The notes under the pieces: generated by a model
Seen by the model: only the letters and a program-made list of their open reading frames with translations
The model's database searches: none
Told to the model about the DNA's origin: nothing
In this document: in pieces, positions 50,007 through 61,100 of the stretch
How positions within the stretch are numbered: position 1 is the first letter of the stretch
Layout of the letters: each line of letters begins with the position of its first letter
Origin: Giardia intestinalis
Lineage: Eukaryota
DNA length: 64,000 nt
Direction: 5' to 3' (one strand)
Assembly: GCA_000002435.2 (NCBI GenBank)
Contig: CM018792.1
Program-made: the position numbers and the translations under genes

Positions 50007-51710
50007 ATGAGCTGTGTCTATAAGCCAACAGTCCTTTCAGGCAGTGTTGTTCACGATGAGCCTGACACAGACTCTGCCAGTTTGTTTGCCCAGGGTTATG
50101 ATAACAGCATTTTATCTTTAGCCAAGAATGCGGATGTTTTATCGGAGGCCTCTAAAGCATTCTGTCCACCGCAAGATTTCAATAAGGTATTGCGGCCTAA
50201 ATCTGTAGGCTTCTGTAGCTGCAGAATTGACCCAGATTTTGAAAACTTCAGAAACACGGTTTTGAGACTTCTTGCTAATGTCCAAGAGGATGTTCAAGGC
50301 TACATCCAGGCAGGAATTTCTCTTCGGAAACAGGAGTATGTTGTTCTAGTTGAGATACGCGACAGAATAGACCGATGTCAGCGTGACATTATGCTTTTTA
50401 TCGACACCTTTTCCGGTGAACATGTACCTCGCTTACGGAGGCAATCGTCATTACTCGAAGCCCGCAATGTAAAGCTTCAGACAAGAGCGAAGAACCTTTT
50501 GGTGAACGAATTAGATGCAGATAAATACTTGAATACAGAGCCAAAGCGAACTAAGGACCTTTTGGAAGCTGAGAATTTGAAATTAAAGAAGGAACTGAAA
50601 GAACTGAAGATGCAGTATGCCTTACAGCTCATACGAGCTCAGGAATTGATCGATAAAATACTTGATACTATCCAAGTGGATAATGTCACGAAAAACCGGC
50701 CTGTGTCATCATGTGCTAGGCCTGGCAGTGCCAGTACAAAGAAAGCTACCAAGGGAGAGCTCCGCACAACTCAACCTAAGTCATCTGCCTCCTCCAGACA
50801 AACTCTTCAGAGCATCAAGAGACAACTCCTCGAGCTGAAAAACGACACGATAGATTTACAGGCATCGGTTCAGAGCGATAAGTGTGGACCTATTTGTCCA
50901 CATGAGCGGGCGCTGAATGATCTACTTAAGGCGATTCGACAAGAGAATGAAGCGCTCCCCTCTTCTAAACCAAATATTGCAGAGCGTGGTGGTAGCGGAG
51001 CAACCTCGGACATCATAGCTATCGTCCATGCAATGAAGAACCTGTTTGAAGCAGCGCCAAATCAGCTGAGTGTCAGTGCTGACAATTCACTACAGACAGA
51101 AAATAACGCGCTTAAGCGAGAACTTGCCAGTCATAAGGACAGAGTTCAGGCACTGGAAGGCGAAAATGCGGCTCTTCTTAAAGAGATATCTAATACAAAG
51201 CAAAGTCTAGATAGGATTCAGAAGAGTACTTCATCTCTTCTTGCCAGTAGTTCAGCAAAACCGCAAGATGTATGCCGGTGTGGTGCATCTATAGCCGCCT
51301 TGGATGTCTCGATGCTATTACAGGAAAAAAGCATCCTGTGTCACAAGCTACAGGAGAAAGATGTGGAGCTTACAAAACTTCAGGCGGAGATTGATGAAGT
51401 CATGCTCGAGCTCATTAACCTCCATGAACGGTATGATGAACTAGAAAAGAACGCAGCATCAGACAAGCCAAAGAAGGACATTGACAGTACACAGTGCCCG
51501 TGGAAACCGCAGGAACAGACAGCTTATAAGGATGTTGTTCCGCATGGTGGTGATAGAGTAACCAGTGAAAGCGTTGTTGATTTCTCAACTCTGTATAGTA
51601 ATCACAAGGCCACCAGTGCCATGATCGCAGACAGTAGCCGCGGTTTGGCAGAAAAGTCTACTAAGGCCAGCAGGCCTAAGAACAAAGGCGTGCGCAAAGA
51701 GCTAACTTAA
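50007..51710 (+). CDS. Coiled-coil protein, 567 aa
   Basis: Long ORF rich in E/K/L/Q heptad segments. A-rich region upstream. Its stop lies 1 nt from the stop of the convergent downstream gene. Confidence 0.6.
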   Translation: MSCVYKPTVLSGSVVHDEPDTDSASLFAQGYDNSILSLAKNADVLSEASKAFCPPQDFNKVLRPKSVGFCSCRIDPDFENFRNTVLRLLANVQEDVQGYIQAGISLRKQEYVVLVEIRDRIDRCQRDIMLFIDTFSGEHVPRLRRQSSLLEARNVKLQTRAKNLLVNELDADKYLNTEPKRTKDLLEAENLKLKKELKELKMQYALQLIRAQELIDKILDTIQVDNVTKNRPVSSCARPGSASTKKATKGELRTTQPKSSASSRQTLQSIKRQLLELKNDTIDLQASVQSDKCGPICPHERALNDLLKAIRQENEALPSSKPNIAERGGSGATSDIIAIVHAMKNLFEAAPNQLSVSADNSLQTENNALKRELASHKDRVQALEGENAALLKEISNTKQSLDRIQKSTSSLLASSSAKPQDVCRCGASIAALDVSMLLQEKSILCHKLQEKDVELTKLQAEIDEVMLELINLHERYDELEKNAASDKPKKDIDSTQCPWKPQEQTAYKDVVPHGGDRVTSESVVDFSTLYSNHKATSAMIADSSRGLAEKSTKASRPKNKGVRKELT

Positions 51711-51711
51711 T

Positions 51712-54700
51712 CTAAAAGGGCCTAGAAGATCTCTCGTCCCGCTTAACTTCAACAAACTTGCAGTGAAGACGAAGTGTTCCGCGACGGACGTCCTTCCATG
51801 CCGGCCAATATAGTCTAAAATTACTACTCATGTTCATCGGCCTTTCCAGATCTGCTGGACTGATATACCGAAACACCCCCTGGAAGGTTTTGTAATTCAT
51901 GAAGTATATATTGAACCGGATTGGAAGGCAATCATTCAATAATAGATAAATAGATAGTAGACAGTAGTAAAAATATAGATTATACGCCACACATTGGGTG
52001 TCTCCTTCATCTGGGGTGAGGGACGGTGAGTGCCTCTTGTATTTATTGAATAGCTCCGCATAATTGTAAAGGTTGTGGCCTGGGAAGAGGGATTTCTTAG
52101 GATTCTCAACAAGGTCTGTCACCTCCTGAAGAATAATACCCTCTGTGGCAGTCATGTCCATGTACTTTTCATGGAAGTAGTATATCAGCTCACGCTCCAG
52201 TTCAGGACCCCACAAGTTCCTTAGGCATCGCTTGAATGCGGTATGGAATTGCTCTGTTGTATATCTTTTTGGTTCCTCAGGTTTCTCTGGGTGCTTTGAG
52301 CGTGGAGACCCCTTCTTACGCTCAATTTCGTACTCACTTATACGTTTTTCATACTCTTCTTTACGACGCTTATTATCAGCGGATATCTCTAGTGAGACCT
52401 CCAAAAGGGTTTTGGGAAAGTGGGTGAAGTGCTCAGCTATAAACGACTGGGTAGTAATGTAGTCAAAGAAGTGCTCGGATGTGAACTGCTCCACCATCCA
52501 CTCTGCCGTTAGAATAAGATGCTTACCCACAGTATCTACTGATACATATTGCATCTTCTCGCATAGCACTGAAGCGTACTTTGTGAGTAAATCATCAGTT
52601 GGTAGAGGTGAAAAGGGATCACAGTTAGAATGATCGAGGAAGAAGTGCATAAACGGAATGACGCTCGTGAAGGCTTTCTTGTATTCAAGTGGGTCCTGGC
52701 TCGGATTGATGCTCTGCTCTTCTGCAGCAGAAGGCACGCCAGAAGCTCCACTGTACTTTTCGAGTATCATATTCAGTTTTGTCCTATCACTTTTCGTCCG
52801 ACTTGCTGTACTATTAAGAGGGAGAGAAGAGGACCGAGAAAAGGGCCGGGTTCCAGGGCGAGTACCAATTGTTGATAGAGACATGGATGCCATAGAACTG
52901 GGCCCTGCACTGCCCAGATGCATATCAGAGCTGACGTTAAAGGTTGACGCCGGTGACATGGTACTGTATCTGGAGTCTGGGTATGCAGAGATAGTAACGG
53001 GTTTCACTTGTGCTTTTACCTGAATTCTAGAAGGAGAGGGTCTAGAGGACCGTGCAGATGGTGATGCTGCAACTACTGAGCTCTGTCTGTTAATGCTATT
53101 TCTTCTAGAACCCGAGCGCGAACTAGGCTGAGACTTTGCCCTAGGCTTAGGCTTAGGTGCCGAGCGCGGTCTAGGTGTATGCCTAGAACCCGTTCCTCTT
53201 CTTGTCGCACTGTGTTTTGTTGTAATCGGTATTCGGTCTGCTTCTTGTGTTTTAGATTTTTCGGTAGAAGTGGATATCGGATTATAATCAGAGTGTAAGA
53301 CTACCGCATGTGGCTCAACCACTGCAACGAGTGTCTGTAGTTCGTCCGAGAAGACGTGGGGTGAGCGTGGTTGTGAAACAGCAGCAGGAGTTTGTGGATT
53401 TAGGTCGAGGTCTGTGCTAGCCGAGTCAGCAGCACGGCTATCTCCTGTCTCGGAACTAGAGTCGCAAGGTTTAGGGTTATCCGCCGTTTCAGAGTCAACT
53501 CTATCATGTTCTGAAGGAAAGTCTGAAGTATAGATGGTAGTAGGAGAAATGCGATTGCGAGCTGTTTGAAAAGTAGTATCTGATCGTGTAGGTATTTTGA
53601 CATACTCTTCCTTTTCATCCAGGCATGCTTTCACTGACCTATCTCTTTGGGGAAAAGTGTCACTACCGCCTTTGAAGACTAAGGTTGCACCGGGGCCGAT
53701 AGGGGACTCTGTCTCAGCTGCTTGCAAGGTCGGAGTCGGTTCTCTTAATATTACTGGGGAAGCACTCGGGTGACTGTACGAATTAATTGGGTACATAGCG
53801 AAGCCCAGATCAGGATTTGATGAGGCTATGTTGCCGTATCCTGTAGCAACCGATGATCTCGGAGACGCGGATAAACTATGTGCTTTTTTAGAGGACTGAC
53901 GAGTACATCTCTCTGTGGTAAGATCAGCTATGCTTGCAGCTTGTCGTGAGACACTCGTAGTCCAGTTGCCTCCGAGAATATTTGGCTGCGGACTCAACAG
54001 CTTTGTGAGCACTTTGTTATAAAATACGGCATCAAAGTCTTCTGAGCCGCGTTGCTCGGCCATCACTTGCGCGGCTGCAGAAGCCGCCAATACAGCAGCC
54101 GTTTCGTTCTGTTCTGGACTTCCTGGTCTCTGATTAGAGAGGGCAGTTGCTAGGGGATGTAGCAAACGTGAAGCGTCTAAAGGAGAGGTGTTTGCCGTAT
54201 GCGGAGCGGTGTCGTTAGATTTGGATGTCATACCTTGTACTGAATCGCCCGCTACAGGATTATATTTGGGCGAGGAAGGGCTCTCAGGCTTGAAGGAGCC
54301 TAGTGTCTTGTATCTAGAACTCACTGGGAGACTAGTAGAGCGGACTATGCTCAATCCATGGGACGTATGCTGGGTTGGGACCAGTTCATAGATAGTAGTG
54401 CAGAGCCGGGAAAGTAATGATTCTGTAGCGCGTATGGAGCTCGATATGGCTTCCAGCTGGAGGTTGTTAGCAGATAGTACCTGAAGGAAGCTCTTGTTCT
54501 GGCCGTAGAGGTCTGAAACCTGAGCAGCTATAGCTGACAAATCATGTGTAGCTTTTGCAAGACTCTCTTTTATGTTATCAACAGAGTTCGATTCCACGTC
54601 GAAGGCATTGCCTTGATGGAGAAACGTGTCGGAAGTAGCTTTTCCGGACCCAGAATAAGTCTTGTAGACATGGTGGCCTGCAGATGGAGGCTCAGCTACT

Positions 54701-54723
54701 GAATGCGAAAGCGCTACACGCAT
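51712..54723 (-). CDS. Hypothetical protein, 1003 aa, with Ser/Pro-rich low-complexity centre. Conserved-looking C-terminal domain of unknown family.
   Basis: Long ORF. A weak resemblance of the C-terminus to PP2A B''-type regulatory subunits was considered but is not convincing. Confidence 0.6.
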   Translation of the reverse strand: MRVALSHSVAEPPSAGHHVYKTYSGSGKATSDTFLHQGNAFDVESNSVDNIKESLAKATHDLSAIAAQVSDLYGQNKSFLQVLSANNLQLEAISSSIRATESLLSRLCTTIYELVPTQHTSHGLSIVRSTSLPVSSRYKTLGSFKPESPSSPKYNPVAGDSVQGMTSKSNDTAPHTANTSPLDASRLLHPLATALSNQRPGSPEQNETAAVLAASAAAQVMAEQRGSEDFDAVFYNKVLTKLLSPQPNILGGNWTTSVSRQAASIADLTTERCTRQSSKKAHSLSASPRSSVATGYGNIASSNPDLGFAMYPINSYSHPSASPVILREPTPTLQAAETESPIGPGATLVFKGGSDTFPQRDRSVKACLDEKEEYVKIPTRSDTTFQTARNRISPTTIYTSDFPSEHDRVDSETADNPKPCDSSSETGDSRAADSASTDLDLNPQTPAAVSQPRSPHVFSDELQTLVAVVEPHAVVLHSDYNPISTSTEKSKTQEADRIPITTKHSATRRGTGSRHTPRPRSAPKPKPRAKSQPSSRSGSRRNSINRQSSVVAASPSARSSRPSPSRIQVKAQVKPVTISAYPDSRYSTMSPASTFNVSSDMHLGSAGPSSMASMSLSTIGTRPGTRPFSRSSSLPLNSTASRTKSDRTKLNMILEKYSGASGVPSAAEEQSINPSQDPLEYKKAFTSVIPFMHFFLDHSNCDPFSPLPTDDLLTKYASVLCEKMQYVSVDTVGKHLILTAEWMVEQFTSEHFFDYITTQSFIAEHFTHFPKTLLEVSLEISADNKRRKEEYEKRISEYEIERKKGSPRSKHPEKPEEPKRYTTEQFHTAFKRCLRNLWGPELERELIYYFHEKYMDMTATEGIILQEVTDLVENPKKSLFPGHNLYNYAELFNKYKRHSPSLTPDEGDTQCVAYNLYFYYCLLSIYLLLNDCLPIRFNIYFMNYKTFQGVFRYISPADLERPMNMSSNFRLYWPAWKDVRRGTLRLHCKFVEVKRDERSSRPF

Positions 54724-54773
54724 GTCTCCAGGCTAGACAGGTGATTTGCAAAAATTGAAGCAAAAGCCAAAAA

Positions 54774-55661
54774 ATGAGTCTAATATTATGTTTGGCGCGC
54801 AAGCAATATCGCGCCACAATTCTAGAGCACAATAAAAGGATTTTTGTGAAACTTGAACGACAGCTAGTCTCCGACTGGCTGCCAATCGGTGAAAAGTACC
54901 TTCCTGGGGTGTGTCGCACAGACGTTTGTATCGCTGCACTAGGAGAGTATGTGCTTATTTACGATGGTAGTAGCGATGTTCTCTTCGTTCTTGATACAAA
55001 GCTCAACTTTATAACTTGTCTCAGGGGAGCCCTGCAGCTTGACTTGACAAAGGCCTCTCCAATCCGTTACAGATCTTTCTTCTTGCTCACTGAAGAAAGC
55101 CGTCTGGTGCTGCTCTATGAAAAGTTCCACAGGAAGCACAATATGACCCATCGCTGTGTTGTCCAAGGTGAGTTTGTCTACATCTCTACTACCACTCCCA
55201 CTATGCTGTTAGAGCCATGCATGACCACTCCATGTCTTACTTTTCAATCATACACTGAAACAGAAATATGCAACTACAGCAAGATAAGGGGGGCAGCCCT
55301 CTGTGATGGTACCATTTATGCCCTCGTCAAAGAGCCCTTAGCGCCAAAGTACTCCGTCGCTGTGTATTCTGCTCTCAAGTCTACTAAGGTCAGTGTGCCT
55401 AGTTGGAACGTGATCCTTCGCAACGTTGGACTTATGCACTTCTTTGTTTATAAGCACCAGCTGTTTGCTTTAGAATTTGACGTCTATAACTCAGTAATTT
55501 ACCACTTCGTTCCAGGAGAACCGTACAGAATCCAGTATGTCTGCACGAAGATACCGCTTCAGACGGAAAAGCGGAAGACTAGCATATATGCCAATAAAGG
55601 CTTCATTTACACTGACTCTGACAAGCTTTTGTTACGGTTAAATAAGTTTATCTTTGTTTAG
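54774..55661 (+). CDS. Hypothetical protein, 295 aa
   Basis: Complete ORF with an A-rich initiator (…caaaagccaaaaaATG). It is divergent from the 1003-aa gene across a 50-bp spacer. Confidence 0.5.
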   Translation: MSLILCLARKQYRATILEHNKRIFVKLERQLVSDWLPIGEKYLPGVCRTDVCIAALGEYVLIYDGSSDVLFVLDTKLNFITCLRGALQLDLTKASPIRYRSFFLLTEESRLVLLYEKFHRKHNMTHRCVVQGEFVYISTTTPTMLLEPCMTTPCLTFQSYTETEICNYSKIRGAALCDGTIYALVKEPLAPKYSVAVYSALKSTKVSVPSWNVILRNVGLMHFFVYKHQLFALEFDVYNSVIYHFVPGEPYRIQYVCTKIPLQTEKRKTSIYANKGFIYTDSDKLLLRLNKFIFV

Positions 55662-55834
55662 CCGTTGGTTTGTCAGTTTGAGTGATCACGCAGGAGGGTG
55701 AAAGACTTCCCTCTATGCTTCGAGATGCTTCTCTTTCGCACCACTGATAGCACAGACAATGTGCTGAGTTAGATCTACCTGGCTGTGAATGCTAGGCAGC
55801 CAGAGCAATCGAAAATAAAAATTCAGATACGGAA

Positions 55835-56035
55835 ATGGAGCAGCCGCCATCTAATCCCTCTTCTGCAGCAGTTCACGACCGGATATCTCTCGAAGCGATG
55901 CCCACGCGGGCGTATTTGGATGAGACGGTCGTCCCTATCGTAATGCAGGGCCTCGCCGCTCTAGTGCAGGAGAGGCCCGAAAATCCTGTCCAATTCCTGG
56001 GAGAGTTTCTTCTCCTGCACAGTCAAAAGAAGTAA
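55835..56035 (+). CDS. Dpy-30-motif protein, 66 aa (dimerisation/docking domain of the type found in flagellar radial-spoke and COMPASS components)
   Basis: [38 protein letters not shown] is a near-canonical Dpy-30 motif (compare [37 protein letters not shown]). A-rich sequence precedes the ATG. Confidence 0.6.
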   Translation: MEQPPSNPSSAAVHDRISLEAMPTRAYLDETVVPIVMQGLAALVQERPENPVQFLGEFLLLHSQKK

Positions 56036-56053
56036 ACGTCTGTTTGCTTTCTA

Positions 56054-58114
56054 GTGGCGTATGTCTACAAGCAAATTTTAATGACGTCTAGTCACGTTAA
56101 TCAAAAAAAGGACGCGGAAATAAAAATGCTCGCTCTTGTCTTTGCCGCCCTGGCTCTGGCGGAGACCATCATTGGGATAGACCTCGGCACGACCTACTCG
56201 TGCGTGGCCGTCTCCCGCGCCGGCCAAGTGGAGATCATCCCCAACGAGCTCGGGGCACGTGTTACGCCCTCCTACGTCGCCTTCACGGCGGACGGGGAGC
56301 GCTTGGTGGGCGATGCAGCAAAGAACTACGCACCAATAAGTCCTGAGAATACGATCTTCGATGTCAAGCGCCTTATCGGGCGCAAGTTTGACGATCCTGA
56401 GGTGCAGAAGGACATGAAACTCCTCCCGTACAAAGTGATCAATAAGGATGGGCGACCCTTCGTTCAGCTTTCGGGGACTAACTTGCCAAAGGAGCTGCAG
56501 AACAAAATCATGTCCCCAGAGGAGATTTCCGCGATGGTTCTCACGAAGATGAAGACCATCGCAGAGGACTACCTTGGCGAGAAGATCACAAAGGCAGTCG
56601 TCACTGTTCCCGCCTACTTCTCCGACTCACAGCGCTCTGCCACCAAGGACGCCGGTCGCATTGCTGGGTTAGACGTTGTCCGCATCATCAATGAGCCCAC
56701 CTCGTCCTCCATTGCCTATGGGCTCGATAAGAAGACACAGGAGACGTCCGGCAAGGCGAAGAATATCCTCGTCTTCGACTGCGGCGGTGGTACGCATGAT
56801 GTGTCCATCCTCTCTGTCGACTCTGGCGTTTTTGAGGTTCTGGCCACCGCCGGAAACACCCATCTTGGTGGTGAGGACTTCGACCGCCGCCTCCTCGATC
56901 ACTTCATTGCAATTTTCAAAAAGAAGAATAACATCGATCTTTCTATCACCAACACAGGAGATAAGGCAAAGGATATGGCCGTGAAGAAGGCCATATCTCG
57001 GCTTCGGCGAGAGATCGAGGCAGGGAAGCGCCAGCTCTCTACTGCCTCATCTGTGCAGATTGTTGTTGACTCCCTCATCGATGGGATCGATTTCTCTGAG
57101 TCGCTGACGCGCGCCAAGTTTGAGGAACTCAATATAGATCTTTTCAAGAAGTCCATTAAGCCTGTGGAGCAGGTCCTCCGGGATGCTAAGCTCAAGACGA
57201 CTGATATTGACGAGGTTGTCCTGGTCGGCGGGTCTACCCGTATACCGAAGATTCGTCAGCTCCTGCAGGACTATTTCAATGGGAAAGCCCTCAACAAGGA
57301 CATCAATGCCGACGAGGCCGTTGCCTGGGGCGCTGCTGTACAGGCCTCCATTCTCAGTGGTGCGAAGGATCACGATGTCCTCCTGATAGACGTCACCCCG
57401 CTCACGCTGGGCATTGAGACCCAGGGAGGCATTATGACGCCGCTTATTGAGCGGAACTCTTACATACCGGTTAAGAAGTCCAAGATCTTCTCGACCGTTC
57501 AGGACCAGCAGACGATGGTCAAGATCCAGGTCTATGAGGGAGAGAGGTCCATGGTCAAGGACAACAACCTTCTGGGAAACTTCGACCTCAATGACATCCC
57601 TCCAGCTCCGCGGGGCACTCCACAGATTGAGGTCACCTTCGAGATAGACTCTAACGGCATCCTCACAGTTTCTGCAGTGGAGAAGTCGTCGGGGAAGGAA
57701 GAGTCCATCACTATCAAGAACGACCGTGGCCGGTTGTCTGAAGACGAGATCAATCGTCTTGTCAAGGAGGCAGAGGAGTTCGCGGAGGAGGATAAGATAA
57801 ACAGAGAGCGTGCTGAGGCTCGGAATGCCTTTGAGATGATCGTGTCGATAACAACGACTCAGACAACCGCGGATAAGGAGGGCAACATCGTTGACAAGAT
57901 CTCCTCAGACGACCTTGAGAAGGTCAAGGAGGCCGTTAAAGAGGCTCAGGACTGGCTCCGTGATAACACTGATGCCAGCAAGGAGGAGATCGAGGAGGAG
58001 AAGAGCAAGTTCGAAAAAGTTGTCCAGCCCATCCTCGGCGAAAACTTCGGCCGATCTGCCAGCGCCGGCAGCAGCGGCCCTGAGTACGACTATGCAGAAA
58101 AAGATGAACTCTAA
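56054..58114 (+). CDS. BiP: ER Hsp70 (BiP/GRP78) with C-terminal KDEL retention signal
   Basis: Hsp70 signatures [20 protein letters not shown]-like region and [11 protein letters not shown]. Ends ...EKDEL*. The true initiator is probably an internal Met: M10 at 56081, or M25 at 56126 ([12 protein letters not shown] signal peptide preceded by an A-rich tract). Confidence 0.85.
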   Translation: MAYVYKQILMTSSHVNQKKDAEIKMLALVFAALALAETIIGIDLGTTYSCVAVSRAGQVEIIPNELGARVTPSYVAFTADGERLVGDAAKNYAPISPENTIFDVKRLIGRKFDDPEVQKDMKLLPYKVINKDGRPFVQLSGTNLPKELQNKIMSPEEISAMVLTKMKTIAEDYLGEKITKAVVTVPAYFSDSQRSATKDAGRIAGLDVVRIINEPTSSSIAYGLDKKTQETSGKAKNILVFDCGGGTHDVSILSVDSGVFEVLATAGNTHLGGEDFDRRLLDHFIAIFKKKNNIDLSITNTGDKAKDMAVKKAISRLRREIEAGKRQLSTASSVQIVVDSLIDGIDFSESLTRAKFEELNIDLFKKSIKPVEQVLRDAKLKTTDIDEVVLVGGSTRIPKIRQLLQDYFNGKALNKDINADEAVAWGAAVQASILSGAKDHDVLLIDVTPLTLGIETQGGIMTPLIERNSYIPVKKSKIFSTVQDQQTMVKIQVYEGERSMVKDNNLLGNFDLNDIPPAPRGTPQIEVTFEIDSNGILTVSAVEKSSGKEESITIKNDRGRLSEDEINRLVKEAEEFAEEDKINRERAEARNAFEMIVSITTTQTTADKEGNIVDKISSDDLEKVKEAVKEAQDWLRDNTDASKEEIEEEKSKFEKVVQPILGENFGRSASAGSSGPEYDYAEKDEL

Positions 58115-58157
58115 ACTCTGGGCTTTGAGAAGTTCAAGAGGTCTTGTAAACTAACCA

Positions 58158-61100
58158 ATGCGCATGGATGACGAGCGGCTCCAGTGGCCCCCGTGCTCTG
58201 TGTTTGACAGGACTGTCTGCGATTGCCTGCATGAGCTGGAGAGCACAGATGTATACCCTTGGCAGGTTGTCTGGTATCTCCTGCAGGTGTTCCTTCCAGA
58301 CACCGCTGCACGGATGAAGCCCTACATGTCTTGCAGCTCCGCCATGATGACTATTCTACAGCACAAAATCGGTAGCGAACCTCTGCAAATAAGCTTTGAA
58401 AGCCTTTCCATTCTTCTCCAATGCCTCTCTGGGCAGGCCTTTTTTCGTGCGCTGGATGTACATGCAAAGGGTTGCTCAGCAGCGTTCAGAGACCTTTTTG
58501 TAGAGGCACGGTTAGGGCTAATCACCCTTTTGTGGGAGCAAGCTGATGATCAAGCCCCTTTCCTGCTCTATGAATTGATGATCCAACTGCTTAGGGCACA
58601 CAGCAGCCTTTCGTTGATTGAAACTTGCACACTGTTGTTTATCCCTAGGGTCTCAGTAGACACAGCGCTTTTTGCACAGTTTCTTGTAGAGATTGGCGAA
58701 CTCCTTTCACCAAACCTATCAGTAATTGACACAAAGGAAAAACTGGTTGAGGTTGCATTGTTACGCTCTGTGTTCTCACTTACGCTATTGCTATATGCTG
58801 CAGCACCACCGACATGTTTGAAAGCGATCATTTACTCTGATCTCTTCTTGGCAACATACCTGCCTTATCAGTTTATTTCACCAATGCACTTCGCCCTGAG
58901 CCTGTGCAATCTTTTATTGGAGCCTACCGCTCTATCTCTTTCCATGCGGACAATGATAAGTGAGCTGATTCTAGAAAGCCTCAATTCTGAGCTTACCTCT
59001 ACCTTGTCACTGATGCCCCTCACCAGTGTCATTGAGGAAGGATCCCGCATCTCTACCACCTGTTGTGGCGAGCTTTTAAGAAGTGCTCTAGCCTTACTTT
59101 GTTCTGAGACATCAAGTCTTGATGAGAGTCACGACCAATCCACGGGCTTACTCGCTGTTTCTGCATTTCCTTGTATGCCAGACTACACTGCTTCCATGAC
59201 TCATCTTTCAGCACCTTTTGTTGAGCTTTCTCTATTGATGAAAGACTTCAACTCTAGACCTCATACATCAAATACAAAGTCTGATGCGCTTTTTGCTGTC
59301 TCAATACCTCCACCACTAATGGGAGACACCACAGAGGTACTTGCCAAGCATTTCTCAGCCTTGGCCTCCCAGAGCATTTGGCATCAGGCAATCCTCTTGG
59401 CAGCATGTTTTCAAATAGTTGCCGGACGGCTACATTTAGAGCCATGCGATGACTCATCTAGCATTAACCTACCTGCTCTAAATATTGAAGTTTTGACTAC
59501 ATTTCTAGGGAGGTTATTTGCAGCTGAATCAGATGCTGTTCCCTCTGCTCTCATCAATCTGAACTCACCTACGTTTCTTAGCAGCTTTCACAGCATACAC
59601 CACCGGCAGCTAATCGGTGATCTATACTATTTACAAATATCTCCACGGCTTGGCAGGATAAATAGTATCAAGCTGTGGAATCTTCTATTATTCAACAACG
59701 CCAATCTGTTCTGTACTAGACCACTAGTAGTGTGTGATAATGATATTTTAATTTCCCGAGGAAAGGCGGCCGCAGATCTATTAGACTTCATGCTTTCTGG
59801 TGACATCACCGGCAGCGAGAAAGAGAAATCTTCACGCTGGTGCTCAAAGTGGATGGACTATCTCTTAGATGTCACTAGTATGACTGTTAGAACGATGTCA
59901 CTAAAATCTTTGTCTTCAGAAATACCCGTATTCCTTATTTTCTCATTTACCCTGTCCTTGCAGTATCTGTCGCACATTTCAACAATCTCAAAGATGCAAT
60001 TAAATAACCATACGTCGGGAGCAACCAATGATGCTATTACATTTGATACGTTTGTGAAATATCTTTCTAGTACATGGACTCTATATGCCAATCCGTCTAT
60101 TTCTGCAATTCTCTTACTTGATACATACTCGTGTGACTTTCATGATGACGGACTTGTTGCTATGAGCACCGTTTCAGTGCTGCAGACTCTTTATCCCGTT
60201 CTACCACGAGCAGATCTGAACTTTTATAACAAGGTTGGAGCATCCTTTTTAGGAACAACCAAATCCGTTATAGAATTTTACAAACGCGGAGTTGCCTCGC
60301 CTCTACACGTGGTTTTTATGCTCCTTTATATTATTGTTCCAGAGGCGTTTCCACCCATCCATATCCTTCTTGGTTATCTTTTGGCATTTTCCCTTTGTCC
60401 CACTTACCAGACTGCTCTTCCACTTATACTTTCAACTGCACCTGGTTGTCTAGGGACGTATCTCATGAATCAGGAGAGCGTACTTCTTAGCATGCTTTAT
60501 GAGTTACAAACACGTGGCCCGTCAGGGAGCCGTTCGACTATCTCCAGCCTCAAGCAGCGCTTATGGCGAGCACTAGACAAGTATGTGGCCTCCATCCACT
60601 GCATGACCCTCTATGTCTCGCTCTTGATTTACGTGTCGACATATGAACTATCTCTTCTCAAAGCAGATCAATCAACTGGTACTATTTCCAATGGCGATTC
60701 CAGTGGCGCAGAGGCACTTGAAAGGAATCTCAAATCTCTTCTTTTGCAACACTTAGTAGGCATCTCCACTATTCAGTTCACATCAGTTATTGCTTCACAG
60801 CGCATCTTATTTACCATGAGGGCGTATGTTATTAGCATGCCTGCACTGTTCCTGGATATCAGCGACTCTTTTCTGGAGAGATTGCACTGCAGCTCTATAA
60901 CAATGACCAATTTAGTACACTGCTTTAGCACTGCTTGGGCTCACTCTCCGTTTATAAAAGCAGTCATAGACCCTTCGTCCTTCTTTGCCTCATTGGTCCG
61001 TTTGGATTTAGAACAATATTGTGAAACTGGGAATAGTGCACAAACTCGCCTTTGGTTGATTAATTTTCCACAGACGTTTATCTCATCAATAGAAGCAGTA

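Noticed and set aside
51712-52700. PP2A B''-type regulatory-subunit homology for the C-terminus of the 1003-aa protein
   Set aside because: Only loose resemblance to a remembered B'' segment (ELEYFYEE…MLDLVKP). No EF-hand loop. Not enough to call.
56054-56125. N-terminal 24-codon extension of the BiP ORF
   Set aside because: A canonical signal peptide starts at M25 ([12 protein letters not shown]) right after an A-rich tract (aaaaaaaggacgcggaaataaaaATG). The upstream Mets are probably not used, so the ORF-track start is likely too long.
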